DNA of 64,000 nt from Candidatus Micrarchaeota archaeon (GCA_964392435.1 CAYMOY010000002.1:247261-311260), one strand, 5' to 3'. Shown: positions 7,169 to 17,664, numbered from the stretch's first letter. Numbers and translations: made by a program. The notes: generated by a model not told the origin, from the sequence alone.

Positions 7169-9205
7169 ATGTTCGTTCCGGTGCTCCTTGCGCTGATTGG
7201 TATAGCATATGGCGCCTATGTCGCGCGTTCAATTTTCAGGAGAAGCGAGGGCACGGAGAAGATGAGGGAAATCTCCCTCGCCATCCGCGAAGGCGCAGAC
7301 GCTTACCTCTCCCGGCAATTCAGGACAATCGCAATCTTCGGAGTCATACTGTTGATAGCAGTCTACCTGATTCTAGGGGTTCCGGTTGCTGCGGCGTTTC
7401 TCGTGGGCGCGGCTGCGTCGGGGCTGGTCGGCTACATTGGAATGTATCTGGCGGTCCGGGCAAACGCACGCGCAGCGCAGGCGTCTCTCACCTCCATGCA
7501 GGAGGCGCTGGCGGTCCCATTCCAAACAGGTGTTGTGAATGGCGCCCTGGTCTCAGGAATAGGATTGATTGGCGTTTCTGTGGTCTTCATAGGCGCGTAT
7601 CTGGCATTTGGGCAAAACAGCGCCGCCCTGGGCGAGGCAGGCAAAGCCCTCATCGGCTTTGGTTTTGGGGCAAACTTGCTTGCGCTTTTCATGCGGGTTG
7701 GGGGCGGCATTTATACCAAGGCTGCTGATGTCGGGGCGGATCTGGTGGGCAAGGTCGAGAAAGGCATACCTGAGGACGACCCGCGCAATCCGGCAACGAT
7801 TGCGGACAATGTTGGGGATAATGTCGGCGACTGCGCAGGCATGGGCGCTGACGTGTTCGAGTCTTACACAGTAACCATCATAGCCACCATGGTGTTAGGG
7901 TCGGTTGCGCTGGGGTTTGCAGGCGCGGTCTTCCCGCTTCTTGTGGCTGGCGGGGCAATGCTTTTGGGGCTAGCGAGCAGCTTGGCAGTGAAGGTGAAAA
8001 ATGAGGGGGAATACCCATTTGAGCCGATGAAGCGGGGGTTCCTCATTTCCCTGGTGGCGCAGGCAATTTTTTTCCTGGCGATATCGGTTTATGTCCTCAA
8101 CGACATCCGAGCATTTTTCGCGCTCACCCTCGGGCTGGTGGCCACGCAGGTGATAATGAATTTTACCGAGTATTACACCTCCACCAAGGCGAAGCCGGTG
8201 CGTGAAATCGCAGCCGCAGCCAAGTCCGGCGCAGGCACCAACCTTATAGCCGGGCTCGGTGTGGGCATGGAATCCGCGGTGGTTGGGATACTTGCGGTCG
8301 GGGCGGCAATAATGGTGGGCTATTATGGGGTGGGGCTCGGCTACTTCGGAATTGCGCTGGTCGGGCTCGGGATGCTCTCCACAACCGCGATGATAATGGC
8401 CATGGACACGTTCGGCCCCATTTCAGACAATGCAAACGGCATTGGCGAGATGTCCAATCTCGCCGCATCTGGCAGGAAAAGGATGGACAAGCTGGATGCT
8501 GTGGGCAACACCACCAAGGCGGTTACCAAGGGGTTTGCCATCAGCTCGGCGGCAATAGCCGCAGTGGCGCTTTTCTCAACATTTTTCGAGACCAGCGGGC
8601 TTTCAGCAATCAACGTCGCAGTGCCGGCGGTGTTTGTCGGTGTCCTGCTGGGTGGCGCGGTGCCATTCATCTTTTCCTCAATGACGATGAAAGCAGTGGG
8701 CGCCGCAGCCAATCTGGTGGTTGAAGAGGTGCGCAGGCAGTTTCGCGACCCGAGGATAATGAAAGGCACCATGAAGCCTGATTATGCCGCGTGCGTGGAC
8801 ATCTCCACCAAGGCAGCGATAAACTCCCTTTACCTGCCTGCCGCAATAGTGGTGCTCGCCCCCATAGTGGTGGGGTATGCCCCCTCTCTTGTTGGCGCGC
8901 CCGCCTCGCTTGGTCTGGAGGCGTTGGGAGGGTTTCTCGCTGGGGCCATACTGGTCAGCCAGCTGATGGCAATTTTCATGTCGAACGCAGGAGGCGCCTG
9001 GGACAATGCCAAAAAATACATTGAGGAGGGCAACTTTGGCGGAAAGGGCTCTGACGCGCACAAGGCGGCAATTGTCGGCGACACGGTGGGGGACCCTTTC
9101 AAGGACACATCAGGCCCTGCTCTCAACCCAATGATAAAAATCCTCAACATCGTATCCTTGATGGTTGCGGCAGTGATTGCTGGGAAGCAGGTCGGGGCAA
9201 TCTGA
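7169..9205 (+). CDS. hppA: Membrane-bound H+-translocating pyrophosphatase, K+-independent type
   Basis: GGGIYTKAADVGADLVGKVE, EDDPRN, DNVGDNVGD, GNTTKA, GDTVGDPFKDTSGP; many TM helices. Confidence 0.95.
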   Translation: MFVPVLLALIGIAYGAYVARSIFRRSEGTEKMREISLAIREGADAYLSRQFRTIAIFGVILLIAVYLILGVPVAAAFLVGAAASGLVGYIGMYLAVRANARAAQASLTSMQEALAVPFQTGVVNGALVSGIGLIGVSVVFIGAYLAFGQNSAALGEAGKALIGFGFGANLLALFMRVGGGIYTKAADVGADLVGKVEKGIPEDDPRNPATIADNVGDNVGDCAGMGADVFESYTVTIIATMVLGSVALGFAGAVFPLLVAGGAMLLGLASSLAVKVKNEGEYPFEPMKRGFLISLVAQAIFFLAISVYVLNDIRAFFALTLGLVATQVIMNFTEYYTSTKAKPVREIAAAAKSGAGTNLIAGLGVGMESAVVGILAVGAAIMVGYYGVGLGYFGIALVGLGMLSTTAMIMAMDTFGPISDNANGIGEMSNLAASGRKRMDKLDAVGNTTKAVTKGFAISSAAIAAVALFSTFFETSGLSAINVAVPAVFVGVLLGGAVPFIFSSMTMKAVGAAANLVVEEVRRQFRDPRIMKGTMKPDYAACVDISTKAAINSLYLPAAIVVLAPIVVGYAPSLVGAPASLGLEALGGFLAGAILVSQLMAIFMSNAGGAWDNAKKYIEEGNFGGKGSDAHKAAIVGDTVGDPFKDTSGPALNPMIKILNIVSLMVAAVIAGKQVGAI

Positions 9206-9270
9206 TTTTTTTATTTTCTTTTTGTTTTTCATTAGGGGTAGCCTGCCTGGGGTTCCTGAGAAGAAAGTCG

Positions 9271-9948
9271 CTACTCCCTCAATCTTTTCTGCACAGATGC
9301 GGACTCGAGTTCCCATCGCGCATTGCTGGCAATCCATTTCGCAGCCGGGCTGTCGACCTCCGCAATTCTGGCGCAGACCTCAATCGCCTCCCGGTTCAGC
9401 GTAAGGCTTCTCTTCCCAATCTGCCTAAGCGCCCAATTCACGGCTTTTTTCACATAGTTCCTCTCATCGCGGCATTCGCGCAAAATTATTGGGAAAAATT
9501 TCTCAAAAGCCCCCCGGCCTGACCTCTTATCGTGCACTGCCAGCGTTGCCATCAGAACAAAGCCGGCGCGCTTGACATATTCCTCCTTGCGGCTGCTCCA
9601 CTCAACTGCTTTCTTGCTGGCAAAAGGCGTCTTGTCAAACAAATTTCCGCACACCTGGTCGCAAACATCCCAGGAATCAAAATCACGCACCCACTCCTCC
9701 ATCTGCCGCTCTGTAACTCTGGCAGGGTCGTCTATGATGCCTGCCAATATCCTGGCCTCATGGACGCCGGTTTTCCACAAATCCAATGCTAAGAGGTGGT
9801 GCGGGCCGATGTGCCGGGCAAGCCTGCGAAGCTCAGGTATGGGGACTCCGCAGGCGTTTTCGGTGTTGATGCCGAATTTGGCCATGCTCTCCTTGTTGCG
9901 GTCGTTGCCCTTGTTCTTCAGGTGGGCGACCAGCTGCGTTGCCTTCAT
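9271..9948 (-). CDS. alkD: DNA alkylation repair protein (AlkD-like HEAT-repeat glycosylase)
   Basis: GVPIPELRRLAR, DFDSWDVCD, DERNYVKKAVNWALRQIGKR. Confidence 0.85.
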   Translation of the reverse strand: MKATQLVAHLKNKGNDRNKESMAKFGINTENACGVPIPELRRLARHIGPHHLLALDLWKTGVHEARILAGIIDDPARVTERQMEEWVRDFDSWDVCDQVCGNLFDKTPFASKKAVEWSSRKEEYVKRAGFVLMATLAVHDKRSGRGAFEKFFPIILRECRDERNYVKKAVNWALRQIGKRSLTLNREAIEVCARIAEVDSPAAKWIASNARWELESASVQKRLRE

Positions 9949-10000
9949 AGTCACAACTTCCATCAAAAGCTATAAAAGCGGGAGAGTGCACAAATGCAGC

Positions 10001-10393
10001 ATGGCGTCCAACATCTACAGGGTTGAGGAGCGGCAACAAAGCTTCGAGGCGCTTCTCCCGAAAACCGGGCTGACCAGCAGGCAGAATATAGAGGAGGCTT
10101 TGGCGCTGATATCTGCCGCATATAGCTCATTTTCAAAATCTGGCGTGAAAAGCAGCCAAATGGAATCCACGCTAAAGCAGATGGAAAAAACCCCGGTCCT
10201 CAAGGCGACCTTCGGGGTCTATGGGGCGGCCAAGCAGCTGGCCTATGCGGTCATGCTTGAATCGGAAGATGAAAAAAGGATATTCACGCTCCGTGTCGGC
10301 AGCCACTTCACCGAGCTTTCACTTGACAAAAACGGGAAGCTTGAGATAATGCGCGAGGAAAAGAACCAAATAATATATGAAAAAATAGCCTGA
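10001..10393 (+). CDS. Hypothetical protein (130 aa)
   Basis: ATG 10001 preceded by TATAAAA; in frame with the track ORF 9572..10393; no recognisable motif. Confidence 0.6.
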   Translation: MASNIYRVEERQQSFEALLPKTGLTSRQNIEEALALISAAYSSFSKSGVKSSQMESTLKQMEKTPVLKATFGVYGAAKQLAYAVMLESEDEKRIFTLRVGSHFTELSLDKNGKLEIMREEKNQIIYEKIA

Positions 10394-10549
10394 GGCGTAT
10401 GCATGGTTTCTGAAACTAAAATATTCGCGGCGGCCCCCTCCCTCATTCTCATACTGCAGGGGAGCTACGCCCAAATACCCAGGGAATTTGTGGCAGAGCC
10501 ATCGGTCAGGGCCAGCGAAGCCAAGCAGAAAGTGCATCTGGGGCATTAA

Positions 10550-10858
10550 ATGGCGTCCAAATTTCCCAATCTCCGCGACATTGCCTGGGGCAAGATACGG
10601 GAGGTGAAAGTCACCAGCGATTCCGAAAACGACAGCTATGGCTTTGAGTTCGAGCTTTATGGGCGGAAGCAGAGAATGACCATTTCAATCAGCCCTGGGT
10701 CGACTTCATACATGATTTCGGCCGAAGACGGCAGCCCGCTCCTATATGGCGTGCAAAAGGGGCAGGAATTCCGGGTGATTGACTTTTCATCCAAGCCAAC
10801 ATTGGGCGGGCAGCGCATGCAGCTGCGCAAAATGGGCAAGATTGCGAAGGCGAAATAG
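10550..10858 (+). CDS. Hypothetical protein (102 aa), possibly the 3' part of an interrupted gene starting at 10403
   Basis: Beta-rich-looking ORF filling the gap; an in-frame upstream ORF ends in TAA immediately before the ATG. Confidence 0.55.
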   Translation: MASKFPNLRDIAWGKIREVKVTSDSENDSYGFEFELYGRKQRMTISISPGSTSYMISAEDGSPLLYGVQKGQEFRVIDFSSKPTLGGQRMQLRKMGKIAKAK

Positions 10859-10879
10859 GGCGCTAACCACGGCTGGCGC

Positions 10880-11968
10880 CTAGCCCTGTTTTTTGATTAT
10901 CGAGAATATGTCCCCTTCCTGCAGCACATGGGCAAGGCCTACTTTCTGCCCTGGGAATTTTGCCGATTTGCCCCAAACAAGAGCGTATTTGAAATCCCTG
11001 GCCAAATCCCGGTGCAGCCGGTCGCAGGCGTCCCGTATTGTGGCGCCAGTGCGCATCATCATCGGCTCTTTCAGGTCGGCAACATCCATGCGCGGCTTGG
11101 TGTATACTCTCATCAGGCGCAGACCTGCAAAAATGGCTTCCTTGAGCCCTTCGATGTTTTGCCCCTTCTCGGCAGAAACAGGCACATACTTGAAATCCAG
11201 CGCCTTGAGGTAGTCCTGGCTCACCATGTCCACTTTGTTAAGCACCACCAAGGAGTGGGTGTATTTCCGGCTGCCAACAAGAACGTCTATGAGCCGGTCC
11301 ACGCTGGCGTCCTCCCGGAAAACCAACCCAGCGTTATGTATGCCGTATTCATTCAGCACGCCCACAATCATTTTTTCATTCAATTGGGTCAGCGGCACAG
11401 TGGAGTTTATCTCCACGCCGCCCCGCAGCTTCTTTGTAACGTAGATTTTTGGCGGCTCCTCATCCAAACGGATTCCGATGCCCGAGAGTTCCTCCAATAT
11501 TTTCTGCAATATCCCTGGCTGGAAAACATCTAGGGTTATCAGCACCAAATCCGCGTTGCGCGCAACCGCCAGCACCTCCTTGCCCCTTCCCTTGCCCTCA
11601 TGCGCGCCTATGATTATTCCAGGCAGGTCCAAAAGCTGTATTTTTGCGCCCTTGTATTCCATAACGCCAGGTATGCAGGTCAAGGTGGTGAATGCATATG
11701 AGGCAGTTTTGCTTTTCGCCCCGGTCAGGGCGTTGAGCAAGGTGGATTTCCCCACAGATGGCAAGCCAATGAACACAACGGTGGCGTCGCCGCTTTTTTT
11801 GACGTCAAAGCCGCCAGTCTTCACACCCGATTTTTTAGGGGCGACCTGTTCCCGGCGAAGCTTGGCTATCTTTGCCTTGAGCAGCCCGATATGGTACTCA
11901 GTAGCCTTGTTCTTCTGGGTGCGCGCCATCTCAGCTTCAAGCTCGCGCAGCTTCTCCTCAATGCCCAT
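10880..11968 (-). CDS. drg: DRG-family (developmentally regulated) GTP-binding protein
   Basis: RTQKNKATEYHIGLLKAKIAKL, GLPSVGKST, YAFTT, DLPG, NKVD, TGS domain. Confidence 0.93.
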   Translation of the reverse strand: MGIEEKLRELEAEMARTQKNKATEYHIGLLKAKIAKLRREQVAPKKSGVKTGGFDVKKSGDATVVFIGLPSVGKSTLLNALTGAKSKTASYAFTTLTCIPGVMEYKGAKIQLLDLPGIIIGAHEGKGRGKEVLAVARNADLVLITLDVFQPGILQKILEELSGIGIRLDEEPPKIYVTKKLRGGVEINSTVPLTQLNEKMIVGVLNEYGIHNAGLVFREDASVDRLIDVLVGSRKYTHSLVVLNKVDMVSQDYLKALDFKYVPVSAEKGQNIEGLKEAIFAGLRLMRVYTKPRMDVADLKEPMMMRTGATIRDACDRLHRDLARDFKYALVWGKSAKFPGQKVGLAHVLQEGDIFSIIKKQG

Positions 11969-12020
11969 GTGCTTATCAGGGTGCGAAACCCTTTAAATCC
12001 TCGATTGCGTACATGAGGGC

Positions 12021-13400
12021 ATGGCAAAAGCTAAAGAGGGCAAAAAAAGGGGCGCCAATCAAAAACTTGGAGGGCAGGCGGCAAACGGGCTATTTGGCAA
12101 AGCCGCCCCTGGAGACACGGTCAGGATTGCCCTCCAGGACGGTGAATACACAGGGGTGCTTCTCCCCCGCGCGCAAGAAGCAGGCCAGTTCACAACACTC
12201 AAGCTTTCTTCAGGCTACAACATCGGCATTTCGCTAAGCAGAGTCAAAGGCGTAGAGGTGCTGGAGCAGGGAGCTGCAAAGATTTTCGGTGCAACCGACA
12301 GGAAGCAGGCTGGGGGGAAGGATGCGCCTTGCGCTGGGAAAGTTTCGCTTCTGGCCTGCGGGGGCACAATAGTCAACAGGATAGATTATCGGACGGGCGC
12401 GGTTTATCCAGCGTCAACAACAGAGGAACTGGTTCTTGGGCTTCCAAAAGGCGCGGCAGAATCAATAAGGCCAAAAATGATGTTCCCTATCGCCTCTGAG
12501 GACATGTCCCCTGCCCACTGGGTGCGGCTTGCGGATGAGGCCGCAAAAGACATACGGGAAGGCGCGCAAGGGGTGGTGATAACCCACGGCACGGACATAA
12601 TGCATTACACCTCGGCTGCGCTCTCTTTCATGTTGCAGAACCTTTCCTGCCCAATCATCATCACCGGGAGCCAACGGAGCTCTGACCGTGGGTCTTCGGA
12701 TGCCGATTCAAACCTGCGCTGCGCACTTGCAGCGGCAAAAGCTGACCTTTCAGGGGTGTTCATCTGCATGCATGAAAACCTTTCCGATGATTTCTGCGCG
12801 CTTTTATCCGGTTCCAAGGCGCGCAAAATGCACACCACCCGCCGGGATGCGTTCCGGCCCATAAACGCGCAAATCGCCGCCCGCGTGAATTCTGAAAGCG
12901 GAAAGGTGGAAAAAGTCTCAGCCTCATGCCCATCCAGAAAGATGGGGGCGGGCGTTACGGTTGATACGCGCCTGAACACAAACGTTGCGATGCAATACAT
13001 CTATCCAGGGATAAAGCCAACCGCGATATCCGCCCTTTCCGATTATGATGGGGTGGTGCTGGTTGGGATGGGGCTTGGGCACCTTCCCGTAAACTTGGGG
13101 CAAGACCCACGTTCAATTCCAATCCTTCAAGAAGCGTCTGAACTGGTGGAATCAGGAACGCACGTTTTCTTAGCGTCCCAATGCATATACGGGCGGGTGG
13201 ACATGGACGTCTACACAAACGGCAGGGTCCTTCTTGAAAAAGGCATAATGGGCAATCAGTGCGACATGACCCCTGAGACGGCGTATGTGAAGCTCATGTG
13301 GGTTCTTGGGCAAGAAAAACGCAAGGAAAAAGTCAGGCAGATGATGGAAACGAACCTTGTCGGTGAAATATCTGGAAGAACAGAAATCACCCCCTATTAA
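12021..13400 (+). CDS. gatD: Glu-tRNA(Gln) amidotransferase subunit D
   Basis: LKLSSGYNIG, GGTI..RIDYRTGAV, HGTD, GSQRSSDRGSSD, RKMHT.RRDAF. Confidence 0.95.
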   Translation: MAKAKEGKKRGANQKLGGQAANGLFGKAAPGDTVRIALQDGEYTGVLLPRAQEAGQFTTLKLSSGYNIGISLSRVKGVEVLEQGAAKIFGATDRKQAGGKDAPCAGKVSLLACGGTIVNRIDYRTGAVYPASTTEELVLGLPKGAAESIRPKMMFPIASEDMSPAHWVRLADEAAKDIREGAQGVVITHGTDIMHYTSAALSFMLQNLSCPIIITGSQRSSDRGSSDADSNLRCALAAAKADLSGVFICMHENLSDDFCALLSGSKARKMHTTRRDAFRPINAQIAARVNSESGKVEKVSASCPSRKMGAGVTVDTRLNTNVAMQYIYPGIKPTAISALSDYDGVVLVGMGLGHLPVNLGQDPRSIPILQEASELVESGTHVFLASQCIYGRVDMDVYTNGRVLLEKGIMGNQCDMTPETAYVKLMWVLGQEKRKEKVRQMMETNLVGEISGRTEITPY

Positions 13401-13410
13401 CGGCTTTAAT

Positions 13411-15315
13411 ATGAAATGCGGGATTGAGATACACCAGCGAATCGCAGGCAGGAAACTTTTCTGCAACTGCGTTCCCTCTGCGGATGCGGGGCAGCCCGGG
13501 CAAGACGGGTGCAGCCAGGTGGCGGGAAGCGGCGCCGCAGCCACCCCTGGGCAGGACGTTTTTTTCACACGCAGGCTGCACGCGGTGCTTTCCGAGCTTG
13601 GCGAGCTGGATTCCGCCGTGCGCCTCGAATCTGTTCGCCACCGTGCCATGCAATATTGCGCTCCGCGTTCCTCATCGTGCTTGGTGGAAGCTGATGAGGA
13701 GCCCCCCCACCGGATAAACCACGAAGCCCTCTGCGCAGTGCTTCTTTTCTGCCGTCTTATGGGCAGCAGCATAGTGGATGAAGTCCATGTGATGCGCAAA
13801 AATGTTATAGACGGCAGCAACACCTCGGGGTTCCAGCGGACTGCGGTCGTTGGCCTTGGCGGGGCGGTTGAAACCGCAGCCGGGCGGCTTGAAATACAAA
13901 CAGTTTGCATAGAGGAGGAAAGCGCAGGCATAGTCGAAGGGGGGAAAGAGGCATCGGCAGATTTCGAGCTGTCCCGCCTGGGGATACCTCTGGTGGAAAT
14001 AGCCACCGCGCCGGCCTTGAAAAGCGGGAGGGAGGCGCAGGAAGCAGCTCTGGCGATTGGGATGCTTCTGCGCAGGACCGGGCTGGTGCAGCGTGGGATA
14101 GGCACCATTCGGCAGGACCTGAACGTTTCCATCCCTGGGGGCGCGCGTGTCGAGATAAAAGGCGTTCAGGAGCTGCAAGCGATATCTGAAACTGTGGAGT
14201 TGGAAGTGCAGCGCCAGAAAAATCTTCTTGCCATTTCTTCTGATGTGCAAAAAAAGTTGTCTGGCGCACCGATAGAGGCAAAATTTGTGGACCTGACCGA
14301 AATATTCGCCACCACGAAATCGCAGCTGGTGGGCAAGATATTGCGCAATGGCGGGCGTTTGCTTGGCATGAGGCTTCCCGGGCATGAGGGTCTTTTGGGC
14401 AGGGAGGTTTCCCCTGGTAGGCGCTATGGCAGCGAGCTTGCCGATTACGCCCGCTCTGCTGGGGTGCGCGGGCTGGTGCACTCAGATGAGGACTTGGCAA
14501 AATACGGATTCTCAGAAGACGAGATTTCCGAAACAAGGGTGGCGCTCTCGATTTCCAGCGGGGATGCTTTTGTGCTGGCGGCGGGCGAGCAGAAAAAGGC
14601 GCAGGCAGCGCTTTGCGAGGTCTGCTGCCGTGCCTCGTTTTTTGGGGTGCCTGAGGAAACTCGCAAGGCCAATCCTGACGGCACCTCCAGTTATATGCGC
14701 CCGCTTCCCGGGAGGGCGCGCATGTATCCGGAAACCGACATCCCGCCAATCAAAATAACCCAGGAAATGCTCGACGAGGCAAAGCACGCAAAGCTTCGCA
14801 TGGAAAAAGAGGAAGAAGTCAAATCAACGGCGCTTTCCACGCTAAACGATGAGCTTTCCTCGCAGCTTGCCGGCGCAAAGGGGCTGCTTTCCCACAACCC
14901 AAATTTCAAGTCCGAGCTGCAAACGCCTGAGCTGGCATCATTTGCCGAAGCCATCCGTGCGGGTGTGGACTCAAAATTTGCGGCCTCCATACTGACCAAC
15001 ACTCTCCAATCGCTCAAGCGCGAAGGCGCTGACACAAAGGCGCTTGACGAGCCCAGGCTGGTTTCGTTTTTGCTTGCCAACAAAAACGGTCTTTTCTCAA
15101 AGTCTGCGTCAGCAGATGTGTTGCGAGAACTGTGCAGAAACAGGCAAGAAACCCCTCAGGGCGCGGTGAGGAGGCTCGGGCTGGAAAAAATATCGGGCGC
15201 ATCCCTTGAAAATCTCATAAAAAAAGAGAATCTGGATTTCAAGGGGCTGATGTCCAAATACCGTTTGCGAGTGGAGGCATCCGAGGCGCAAGAATTATTC
15301 GGGTCGAAAAAATAG
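13411..15315 (+). CDS. gatE: Glu-tRNA(Gln) amidotransferase subunit E
   Basis: MKCGIEIHQ, CLVEADEEPPH, MRK.VIDGSNTSGFQRT, RGIGTIRQDLNVSI, RPLPG.ARMYPETD. Confidence 0.95.
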   Translation: MKCGIEIHQRIAGRKLFCNCVPSADAGQPGQDGCSQVAGSGAAATPGQDVFFTRRLHAVLSELGELDSAVRLESVRHRAMQYCAPRSSSCLVEADEEPPHRINHEALCAVLLFCRLMGSSIVDEVHVMRKNVIDGSNTSGFQRTAVVGLGGAVETAAGRLEIQTVCIEEESAGIVEGGKEASADFELSRLGIPLVEIATAPALKSGREAQEAALAIGMLLRRTGLVQRGIGTIRQDLNVSIPGGARVEIKGVQELQAISETVELEVQRQKNLLAISSDVQKKLSGAPIEAKFVDLTEIFATTKSQLVGKILRNGGRLLGMRLPGHEGLLGREVSPGRRYGSELADYARSAGVRGLVHSDEDLAKYGFSEDEISETRVALSISSGDAFVLAAGEQKKAQAALCEVCCRASFFGVPEETRKANPDGTSSYMRPLPGRARMYPETDIPPIKITQEMLDEAKHAKLRMEKEEEVKSTALSTLNDELSSQLAGAKGLLSHNPNFKSELQTPELASFAEAIRAGVDSKFAASILTNTLQSLKREGADTKALDEPRLVSFLLANKNGLFSKSASADVLRELCRNRQETPQGAVRRLGLEKISGASLENLIKKENLDFKGLMSKYRLRVEASEAQELFGSKK

Positions 15316-15323
15316 GGGCTGCG

Positions 15324-16148
15324 CTATTTTTTTCCCAACGCTGGGCGCATGTAATCCTGGTTATCCTTATGCTTTTTTTCCCCATACCAAAGAATTTCCA
15401 ACTTATTCCGGCTCATCCCCAAATAATCAATGTCTTTCGAATGGACCTCCAGGGTAATGGTTCCGTCGTAAAAAGACTTGATTTCATTCACCGCGAGCGG
15501 GATGTCTATCTTTCCCGCGCCCAGGGGCAGGTGCTGGTCCTCCCGCCGGTTATTGTCGTGAAGATGCACGTGCCGCACCCTTTTCTTGAACTGCTGCAAA
15601 TAATTTTCCAACCCCTCCCCGCTTGCGGTTGAGGCGTGCCCGACATCCAGCGTCATTCCAACCCCTGTCTGTGAAAACAAGAGCTTGAAATCCTTTATTG
15701 AGAAAGAAGGATAGTTGAAATTCTCGACTAAAATCTCCAAGCCGATGTTTTCGGCTTTTTTTTGCAGTTTGCCAATCATATCGATAGTCTTTGATACCAT
15801 CACCTGCCGGTCTTGCACCCCCGGTGGCATCCACTCGGTGTGCACAGTCACTTTTTTCGCCCCAAATTCCGCGGACGCTTCAAAAACCCTGACGAATTCT
15901 TCCTCAATAGCCCGTTGTATCCGCTCATATGGGTGCGCAACTGAAAAGTACCAGGGGCAGTGCGCCAGCACGCCGAAGTTGTAGGAGCGCAGGGCGTCAA
16001 GTATCTCCTTGCGGCTCTCAGACAATTTTTCAGGTGATGCAAGCGGGGGTTCCACAGTGAGCTCGAAAAAGTCAAAGCCCATCTCCCCAAACAGCCCGAC
16101 CTGGCTGGCGACCGGTTTTTTCGGGTCGTTCATTGCTCCGATTATCAT
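15324..16148 (-). CDS. Sugar phosphate isomerase/epimerase family TIM-barrel protein
   Basis: FDFFEL, VTVH, ILVEN, LDVGHA, HVHLHDN...DQHLPLGAGKID, ITLEV. Confidence 0.85.
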   Translation of the reverse strand: MIIGAMNDPKKPVASQVGLFGEMGFDFFELTVEPPLASPEKLSESRKEILDALRSYNFGVLAHCPWYFSVAHPYERIQRAIEEEFVRVFEASAEFGAKKVTVHTEWMPPGVQDRQVMVSKTIDMIGKLQKKAENIGLEILVENFNYPSFSIKDFKLLFSQTGVGMTLDVGHASTASGEGLENYLQQFKKRVRHVHLHDNNRREDQHLPLGAGKIDIPLAVNEIKSFYDGTITLEVHSKDIDYLGMSRNKLEILWYGEKKHKDNQDYMRPALGKK

Positions 16149-16201
16149 AACACCAACCCCTTTTTTCCCAACCATCGCTCTTGCGCCAGCATCAGGCGCA
16201 A

Positions 16202-16945
16202 TTACCCTATCTGCAGCGCCTGCTCCATCCTTCTTATCCTGCAAAGGGCTGAAAGAGCAGCCAAAGCCGAGGTTTTCGGGTTCTCCCCCGAGGGCTCGTT
16301 TTCAAATTCGAAAACCATTCTCCCCGCAGAGGAAACAACAGTTATCCTGTGCTTGTTTTTGCTGGCTGACGGGTCGCTTATTATCCTGACCCTTGTCCTG
16401 TCAAAACCTACCCCGGCAAGGGCAAGGGTGGCAGAAACATTGATGTTTTTCGGGTAAATGCGGCATGCCTCCTTGGCGCTGCCATCGAAGACAACAGTTC
16501 GTTTCCTGTCTTTTCTGCCAAGCGCGTGCGGGGGCTTGGATGTTTCCAAAATCACCTGTTCTATGCCGCTTGAAACAGCCGAAATGGCGTCCAACCCGCC
16601 TATCGCCCCGGAGGGCAGGTAAATCTTCCTCCGATGCTTTTTTGCAGCGTTCACCAGGCTTTTGCAAAGTTTTTCATCCGCGAGGGCTCCAACCGACATC
16701 ACCATGACATCACAGTGCCTCAAGCATCCGGCCAAAAGCGGCACGGCGCCCTGCTCGGCGGCTTCCACCACCAAATCCGCGCCGCCGCACTTGCTAGGGA
16801 GGCTGCCTAGCAAAGGGCAACGCAAGCCAGCAGTGCGCATTTCCCCATGTACATCTCGGCGGTCAACCACCCAGGCTATGCTGCGCGCCAAATTCTTTCC
16901 CAGATACCCCCCAATGCTCCCAAAGCCGATAAGGCCGATTCTCAT
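16202..16945 (-). CDS. nadX: L-aspartate dehydrogenase
   Basis: GLIGFGSIG, VVEAA, MSVGAL, PSGAIGGLD, YPKNINVSA, NPKTSALAA. Confidence 0.92.
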   Translation of the reverse strand: MRIGLIGFGSIGGYLGKNLARSIAWVVDRRDVHGEMRTAGLRCPLLGSLPSKCGGADLVVEAAEQGAVPLLAGCLRHCDVMVMSVGALADEKLCKSLVNAAKKHRRKIYLPSGAIGGLDAISAVSSGIEQVILETSKPPHALGRKDRKRTVVFDGSAKEACRIYPKNINVSATLALAGVGFDRTRVRIISDPSASKNKHRITVVSSAGRMVFEFENEPSGENPKTSALAALSALCRIRRMEQALQIG

Positions 16946-16989
16946 GTTTCCACCCATCAACTCAATTTCCGCCAAAGTCCTTCAGATGG

Positions 16990-17481
16990 CTAAAACCTTG
17001 CCTCTGCAGCCAAAAGATCGTCCTTGCGCTTGCCCGCCAGCTCGCATTTCCTTTTCTGATAGATGCAATGCAGCTTTTCAACGCTGCGCCTGTCTATTTT
17101 TATCTTGCCTCCGTGGGGGCGCAACGCCCCTGAAAATGTCTTAGGGATGTGCATCAGCTCATGTATGAGGACCTTTTCCTTTTCCTGCTCTGGCAGCGAG
17201 TCGTAATGCTGGCTGAGCACCTCTATTATGTAAAAAGTGCCGACTGAAAGCGCCTTCTGCCAAATGTCCGGCAGGTTCCATATCCGCGCATAGGCATTTG
17301 CCGTGGCATTTTTCGAGCGCATGCAAATAAGCCTAAATTCGTTTATGTGCCCCATATGGTGCGCGCCCCCGGCTCTCATCATGTGGCCGACTGCCGCATG
17401 CCATTCGTTCTCCTCGTAAGATAGCACATCCACAATCTGTTTGACCTTTGCCTCGACATCAGGTGCCATCTCAACATCCAT
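16990..17481 (-). CDS. Putative zinc metallopeptidase
   Basis: AYARIW..P.IWQ.AL, YIIEV, VLIHELMHIPKTFSGALRPH (HExxH). Confidence 0.8.
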   Translation of the reverse strand: MDVEMAPDVEAKVKQIVDVLSYEENEWHAAVGHMMRAGGAHHMGHINEFRLICMRSKNATANAYARIWNLPDIWQKALSVGTFYIIEVLSQHYDSLPEQEKEKVLIHELMHIPKTFSGALRPHGGKIKIDRRSVEKLHCIYQKRKCELAGKRKDDLLAAEARF

Positions 17482-17664
17482 GTTTTGGTTTTGACGCGAT
17501 GGCTTTTATACGTGCTTTGCGCATTTTGCGTGATGCAACAAGGGCAGTCCGCCTGGCGCCAAGTGGGGCATCCGGCGACTCGTCGCATCGGCATCGTGGG
17601 CTCTATGGGGAACGAGCAAGCATTCTTTGCAAGATGCGCCGAGGCTTTCCAAACAGCTTCGACC

